A stretch of DNA of 32,000 nt from an archaeon (GTDB taxonomy: Archaea; Asgardarchaeota; Thorarchaeia; Thorarchaeales; Thorarchaeaceae), in assembly GCA_024275415.1 (NCBI GenBank), contig JAJRZD010000120.1, forward strand, positions 1-32,000, written 5' to 3'. How positions within the stretch are numbered: the stretch's first letter is position 1; the number at the start of each line of letters is the position of its first letter. The translations under genes were made by a program, and so were the position numbers. The notes beneath the pieces were generated by a model. It ran no database searches, was not told where the DNA came from, and saw only the letters and a list, made by a program, of their open reading frames with translations. Positions 27,025 through 32,000 of this stretch are shown here, piece after piece.

Positions 27025-28089
27025 TCACCATAACGTGATCATTCGTCTAATATTCTCGGCAGACTCGCCACGTTCAATCCCCACGGCAATCGACCGAATG
27101 TTGCGGATTTCATAGAACTTCAGGTTAAAAAACCCAATGACCGAGCCCAGTTGGAAGGGGTAGGCTGTCATCTGTAGTTTAACGCGCTGAGCGATATAGT
27201 CCTCAATCGCTAACTCGACAGACACAAGACTTTTTGACTCCTCATAGAGTCGCGCAATCCTGCCAGCAAGCTCCCGGTAACGGGTTCCTTCCAGTGCTGA
27301 GAGTACCTCACGCCAATTGGGCTTGGTCTTAATGCTTTCCAAGAGGGCCTTTGACCGTCCCGTGAACTCCACGAGGGAAAGCTCTATCGCTCTTGATTCC
27401 AGCTGCAGTGCCAGTGCTCTGAGCATCGTTAAGACATTACGGAGGTCAACACGTGCCTCGACGATATCGAGTACACGTTTCTTATCGTCATTAGAAAAGC
27501 CGTCAAGTGCCTTCAACAGGCTGCGTAAGAACCAAGTTTCGGCGGCAACCTCAAGGGGTGCCGTCGAGTCGAATTCCTCATACACATGCATCTTGGTCAG
27601 GAGAGCGATCTTGAGATCCCAGTACGGGAGATTCTCGATTAGCGCTTGGACTGAACCAAGTTCTGCAAGACGTTCGAACTCCTCAGCCTGTTCCGCAGAA
27701 GTTGGTACCGCGAATCGAAGTATCTCACCTTTGTCAAGCCCTACATGAATACCGCGTATCATGGACTTGATGCTCTCTGTCAAGAACATCCTCATGTACG
27801 CCGTAGTAAAGTCACTAATCTTACCAGACAGCGATTTCGCAAGGCTGTAGCTCACATTCGCAAAATCCTCCGAGAGAACCAGTGCTAGTTCATCAGGGCC
27901 CGGCGTCCCGGAAGGATGCGCCTTACTAATGATAGGACCATAATACGTCCCTGCAAGCAACTTGATGAAATCATCATATGACTCTGATTGCAGCAGCGAT
28001 TCATACATGTCCAAGCTGAGAAAACGGGACAGCATCCCACGTATCCTCGCGTTCGCAAATCCATATTCGTTCGCTGCCTTCAAGCTCAT
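27025..28089 (-). CDS. atpC: A/V-type ATP synthase subunit C (d / AC39 family)
   Basis: YGFANARIRGM...L, D..N...LR, PFQLG...F..LK..EIRNIR.I..G; GAGGGTGAG RBS and TATA-like CCTTATAT upstream. Confidence 0.93.
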   Translation of the reverse strand: MSLKAANEYGFANARIRGMLSRFLSLDMYESLLQSESYDDFIKLLAGTYYGPIISKAHPSGTPGPDELALVLSEDFANVSYSLAKSLSGKISDFTTAYMRMFLTESIKSMIRGIHVGLDKGEILRFAVPTSAEQAEEFERLAELGSVQALIENLPYWDLKIALLTKMHVYEEFDSTAPLEVAAETWFLRSLLKALDGFSNDDKKRVLDIVEARVDLRNVLTMLRALALQLESRAIELSLVEFTGRSKALLESIKTKPNWREVLSALEGTRYRELAGRIARLYEESKSLVSVELAIEDYIAQRVKLQMTAYPFQLGSVIGFFNLKFYEIRNIRSIAVGIERGESAENIRRMITLW

Positions 28090-28302
28090 GATATCTCACC
28101 CTCGGAGTAGGTCGATGGGGTTTGACGCTGTGATGTAGTGCACAGTTGGTCTGTGATATAAGGTTGACGTTAGAGAGGGGCATCATAATTGATAAACGTG
28201 GAACAAGTCATTTTTGGCTCTCGGAAAGTAAAACACATTCTGCCAAATTCTTGACGAAGATTCTTATGCGTGCTATACCTTAGTCAAGAGCGGTTGGGAA
28301 TC

Positions 28303-28890
28303 ATGTCTAATGATGAATTTGGTGAAGCAGAAACTCATGATATGTTTGACATCGGCAGTCTGTTCAGGACATCAGCGACCCTGACATTCGTGGTTCAAAT
28401 CATATCGGCAGTGGTGATGCTTGGAAGCCTTACAGGATATTACGTCGGGGATCTCATTCCTGGCTTGGATCCAGATTTTCAGGTGCTCCTTTTCCTAGTA
28501 GCTAGTGCTGCAGCTATCATGGTCTTCTTAGCAGCGTTGAGCGTGTTCCTAAGGTTCTCAAGGCGGATTGGGAACAAGGTCATTGGGCCTGGAATCGAGA
28601 AGGTCAGGCTCGACAGCCCAAAGGTGAAGCTTGTCGTCTACGCCTATGGCATCCTTGTCTTCATCATGGGAATCATTGGCGTTTACATCTGGTGGATCGT
28701 CCACATCCGAGTCCTGACTCCGTGGATAGCAGCTAACGGCGGTTCGATTCTCTTGGCCATCTTCTCATATGCCCTCGGAGCATTCTTCATTGCGCTCTTG
28801 ATCCAGATAATCATCGCAGGAGTAGGAAGATCCTCCACTAAGATCATTATTGAAGTGCTTGACGCTGATGATGCTGAGTTCTTGGAGTAA
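28303..28890 (+). CDS. Four-TM membrane protein of unknown function
   Basis: Four hydrophobic helices arranged as two hairpins; acidic termini; ATG at 28303 preferred to the track's 28270. Confidence 0.75.
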   Translation: MSNDEFGEAETHDMFDIGSLFRTSATLTFVVQIISAVVMLGSLTGYYVGDLIPGLDPDFQVLLFLVASAAAIMVFLAALSVFLRFSRRIGNKVIGPGIEKVRLDSPKVKLVVYAYGILVFIMGIIGVYIWWIVHIRVLTPWIAANGGSILLAIFSYALGAFFIALLIQIIIAGVGRSSTKIIIEVLDADDAEFLE

Positions 28891-29220
28891 TTAGTCATGT
28901 TCCTCGGGGATGTCGAACTTGACATCCTCGAAGATCTCTTCTTTTGGAGGCATGTAGGTTCTCCGTATCTTCGCTTCAGCCTCCATCCGGTCGTAGTATT
29001 TGATGGTGGCATACACCCCGTAGGAACCAAGGAAGAAACCCAATATGGCGCCAAACAGGGCTCCTGTCACAGCTCCAGACGGACCAAATATGGACTGCCC
29101 TGCGACCTGTCCGACTAGAAGAAGGGCAATTACGGAACAGGGCAATTCGCTTCCCACAGCCAACCATTTACCCATGCTTCCTATCCGTTGTTCCTCGCTC
29201 GCTGAATCCATGACACCCAT
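28891..29220 (-). CDS. AtpZ/AtpI-family (ATPase gene 1-like) two-TM protein
   Basis: GSEL...V...LLVG...G......GALFGAILGFFLG.YGVY..I pattern typical of ATP synthase gene-1 proteins. Confidence 0.65.
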   Translation of the reverse strand: MGVMDSASEEQRIGSMGKWLAVGSELPCSVIALLLVGQVAGQSIFGPSGAVTGALFGAILGFFLGSYGVYATIKYYDRMEAEAKIRRTYMPPKEEIFEDVKFDIPEEHD

Positions 29221-29309
29221 ACACAGTACTATTCGTTATCAGTCTTATCTAGCACATAGTGCAATACTTTTCTGAGTGAACCATATAGGATTGACAGAGG
29301 AATCAATCG

Positions 29310-30596
29310 ATGAAACTTGAAGTGACCTATGGCGACAGCAAAATCCCCATTGAGATACCTGACGAGAACTTTGCTGGTCGGGTCGTGCCAAAGCCAATAA
29401 AGACGATTTCAGACATCCGAAAGGAACTTGATAGGGTTCTTGATAATCCCCATGGTCCATCGCTTGAAGAACTCTCCAAGAGCAAGAGTGTTTGCGTTCT
29501 TGTCGAGGATCACACTAGGGACGAGCCTCACTGGGACTTGCTCAGCACAGTCATCCCCAGACTGCAGGATGCCAACAAGGTCACGTTCATGATAACCACA
29601 GGTTCCCACGAGGTCGAACACCCTGAGAACCTGAAAATCGCTGATATGATCAAGCGAATATCTGCTGATGTCGGGCTCCGGAACTATGTTGTGAAAATAA
29701 ACGACTGCCATGACTCTGATGTCGTGGATCTCGGAAAGACCAGCAGAGGGACTCCTGTTATCATCAGTGCTATGGCAGCTAACCATAATCTCTATGTGCC
29801 TATTGCAGACATGAAGGCACACTATTTTGCAGGGTACTCAAACGCCTTGAAAGACTTCCTTCCGGGCATCTGCGCGTTCGATTCAATCGAAGCGAACCAT
29901 TCAATGGCGCTGGATCCGGACTCCACCTTCGGAATGCATCCGTATCATCCTGATGAAAGAAAACGGGATAATCCTTTGGCAGATGACATGCGAGAAGCTA
30001 TGGAGATGATCACCAAGGATGCAAAGGTGTTCACTCTGTCAGTCATATCGGCAGGCTCAAAGCTTGCATGGGCAGATGCAGGAAACATAGAAACGGTCAC
30101 CGCTGCAGGTATTGAATTTCTTGACGAAACTGCAAGCTTCACTGTCGAGGCGACGACACACATCATCGTATCGCCCGGGGGGTATCCACAGGATAAGAGC
30201 CTCTATCACGCCCAGCGCGCGATAGAGCTTACAAAGAACGCTGTGAAAGAAGGGGGCGAGATCCTATTCATCGCTGAATGCCGGGATGGAGTCGCTCCGG
30301 AGTCGGCTATCGAGAACTTCTATGACAAGCTGACTGCGCCTTTGGACGAGGTGTTAGAATCGATAAGCTCCAAGTATCACCTTTACGAGCATAAGGCCTA
30401 CAAGTTCGCAGACCTGATGAAACGGGTTTCCAAGATCACGATGTTCACGAACTTGGACAAGGCGACCGTCGAGTCGGTGCACATGGAGAAAGCCGATGAC
30501 CCACAGACAGTCATTGATGAGTGGGTTTCTAAGAACCCAGACGTGCAGATTTTAGTGCTTGACAAAGGGAACAAGCTGGCAGTCTATGCTAAGTAG
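29310..30596 (+). CDS. larA: LarA-family nickel-pincer-nucleotide racemase/epimerase (DUF2088)
   Basis: MKLEVTYG, EDHTR, TTGSH, HYFAGYS..LK..LPG, IEANH, GGYP.D..LY, AECRDG. Substrate probably not lactate-specific. Confidence 0.88.
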   Translation: MKLEVTYGDSKIPIEIPDENFAGRVVPKPIKTISDIRKELDRVLDNPHGPSLEELSKSKSVCVLVEDHTRDEPHWDLLSTVIPRLQDANKVTFMITTGSHEVEHPENLKIADMIKRISADVGLRNYVVKINDCHDSDVVDLGKTSRGTPVIISAMAANHNLYVPIADMKAHYFAGYSNALKDFLPGICAFDSIEANHSMALDPDSTFGMHPYHPDERKRDNPLADDMREAMEMITKDAKVFTLSVISAGSKLAWADAGNIETVTAAGIEFLDETASFTVEATTHIIVSPGGYPQDKSLYHAQRAIELTKNAVKEGGEILFIAECRDGVAPESAIENFYDKLTAPLDEVLESISSKYHLYEHKAYKFADLMKRVSKITMFTNLDKATVESVHMEKADDPQTVIDEWVSKNPDVQILVLDKGNKLAVYAK

Positions 30597-32000
30597 AGTC
30601 CCACTTGATCTCGGAAAGAGCTTGGTATATCTCGTTGAATCTCTTGTAGCCGGCATCATAGACCTCTCTGTTCTCGGCCCTTGGACGGAGCGAGTCTTTT
30701 TGGGCGACCATCGTGTCCGCTGCCTCGTTCATTGTCTTGTAGATGCCCACACCTATGCATGCCAGTATCGCTGCACCAAGAGCCGTCGCCTCCTCGAGTT
30801 TTGTCCGTATGACCGGGATGCCTAGGACATCAGATTGTATCTGCATCCACACGTTGCTCCGCGCAGCCCCTCCAGTGACACGCACCTCATGGGTCGGAAG
30901 GCCGAGGTCTCTCATGACCTCGATATTGGATCGGATGTCGTAAGACACCCCTTCTAGGACAGCACGCATCAAGTGGCTCCTGTTATGCCCTAGGGAGAGA
31001 CCTGCAAATACACCGCGCGCATGAGGGTTCCAGTGTGGTGCTCCAGCACCCACGAAATGCGGGAGATGGATAACGCCTTCAGAGCCGGCAGGGACTGATT
31101 CTGCTGTTTCAGTTATAACCTCGTATGGGTCAACACCACGGTCGCCAGCCACATGACGCTCCTCGGTAGCAATGTGATCTCTAAGCCATCTCAAGGCAGA
31201 CCCAGTGGTGAACATGCTAGCCTCCACCACGAAAGCGTCAGGCACAACATGACGGCTGCATAAGACCCTGCGTTTCCGATCCAATTTGACATCCTGAGAG
31301 AAACCCAGTATGAAGGTGCCAGTCCCCGTTGTCGCCTTGATGGTGCCTTCTCTGACCACACCCACGCCGAGAGCTGCACATTGCTGATCTCCGCCTCCAG
31401 CGACCACTGGAGTGCCCTCTTTAAGCCCTGTTTCTTTTGCGGCAAATCTTGTAATCTCACCAATGGTCGTACCGGACTGCACCGGGTGAGGGAGTTTCTC
31501 CTCGGGGATCCTGAAGGCATCCAACAGTTTCTCGGACCACTCGGCCTTGACGATGTCAAAAAGCATCGTCCTGCTTGCATTGGAATAATCTGTGATGTAG
31601 TCGCCTGTAAGCTTGAACAGAAGATAATCGTGGACAAGGAGGAACTTCTCGACACTCTTGAAGACCTCGGGCTCGTTCTGCTGAATCCATAGTATCTTAG
31701 GGGCCGAGAAATAAGGATCAATAGTGAGCCCTGTTATCGAGTAGACTTTCTTTGGGGATACCTTCTTCCTGATCCATTCACATTGTGAGACCGTCCTACG
31801 GTCCTGCCACACAATAGCGGGACGTAGTGGGTTCCCCTCCTCATCGATAGGAACGATTGTTTCACGTTGGTTTGTCACACTAATCGCTGAAACGCTCTCA
31901 GGGCTAATCCCCCTCGCAGATAACGAGTGCGTCAGTGACTGACAGGCGGTTTCCCACCATAAAGGAGCGTCCTGCTCGACCCAAGAGGGATGGGGATAGG
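30589..32000 (-). CDS. FGGY-family carbohydrate kinase (xylulokinase-like), 5' end outside window
   Basis: Frame is open past 31878 to the edge (YPHPSWVEQDA); TNQRET, WQDRRT, TDYSNASRTMLFD, GGGDQQCAALG, GGAARS, EATALGAA. Confidence 0.93.
   Translation of the reverse strand, partial: YPHPSWVEQDAPLWWETACQSLTHSLSARGISPESVSAISVTNQRETIVPIDEEGNPLRPAIVWQDRRTVSQCEWIRKKVSPKKVYSITGLTIDPYFSAPKILWIQQNEPEVFKSVEKFLLVHDYLLFKLTGDYITDYSNASRTMLFDIVKAEWSEKLLDAFRIPEEKLPHPVQSGTTIGEITRFAAKETGLKEGTPVVAGGGDQQCAALGVGVVREGTIKATTGTGTFILGFSQDVKLDRKRRVLCSRHVVPDAFVVEASMFTTGSALRWLRDHIATEERHVAGDRGVDPYEVITETAESVPAGSEGVIHLPHFVGAGAPHWNPHARGVFAGLSLGHNRSHLMRAVLEGVSYDIRSNIEVMRDLGLPTHEVRVTGGAARSNVWMQIQSDVLGIPVIRTKLEEATALGAAILACIGVGIYKTMNEAADTMVAQKDSLRPRAENREVYDAGYKRFNEIYQALSEIKWDST

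Noticed and set aside
6920-30596. Several tail-to-tail overlaps or abutments (6920-6923, 28890/28891, 30589-30596)
   Set aside because: Common in compact archaeal genomes; no additional signal seen.
1-32000. Genome-wide reassignment of TAG to an amino acid
   Set aside because: By my tally about 14 of 33 called ORFs end in TAG at family-appropriate C-termini (bshB, atpI, atpK, FGGY kinase, larA). Readthrough would run several of them deep into convergent genes.
1-32000. tRNA, rRNA, CRISPR arrays, selenoprotein UGA readthrough
   Set aside because: No cloverleaf/T-loop signatures, no regularly spaced 25-40 bp repeats, and no gene appeared truncated at an in-frame TGA. A covariance-model scan would be needed to exclude small ncRNAs in the 6020-6525 and 19480-19870 spacers.

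Overview
Compact, mid-GC archaeal window. A Rab-like GTPase with all five RabF-like motifs, A/V-type ATP synthase genes and archaeal BRE/TATA promoters point to an Asgard archaeon, possibly Thorarchaeota (inference from gene content, not a database result). Housekeeping genes: MFS fragment, DUF62 SAM hydrolase, NAD-kinase-like protein, alpha/beta hydrolase, GlmM-type phosphomutase, PLP aminotransferase, pyrF, NUDIX, TrmI, LarA-family protein and an FGGY kinase. Most notable: (1) a 132-aa orphan built as coiled coil + Ala/Pro linker + C-terminal helix closely resembling the Ena/VASP F-actin-binding motif, a candidate minimal archaeal actin regulator; (2) a complete bshB/bshA/bshC bacillithiol cluster whose BshC carries a four-cysteine insertion; (3) a large helical-repeat gene apparently split by one in-frame TAG; (4) an accessory patch (about 18.1-20.8 kb) with a frameshifted IS remnant, a vapBC pair with operator-like repeats and a phased 4x TGWCG array; (5) a scrambled, two-strand ATP synthase cluster (I; H-E; C-K) near an AtpZ/AtpI-like gene. 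No rRNA, tRNA or CRISPR array was recognised. All family calls are by motif recognition from memory; no searches were run.
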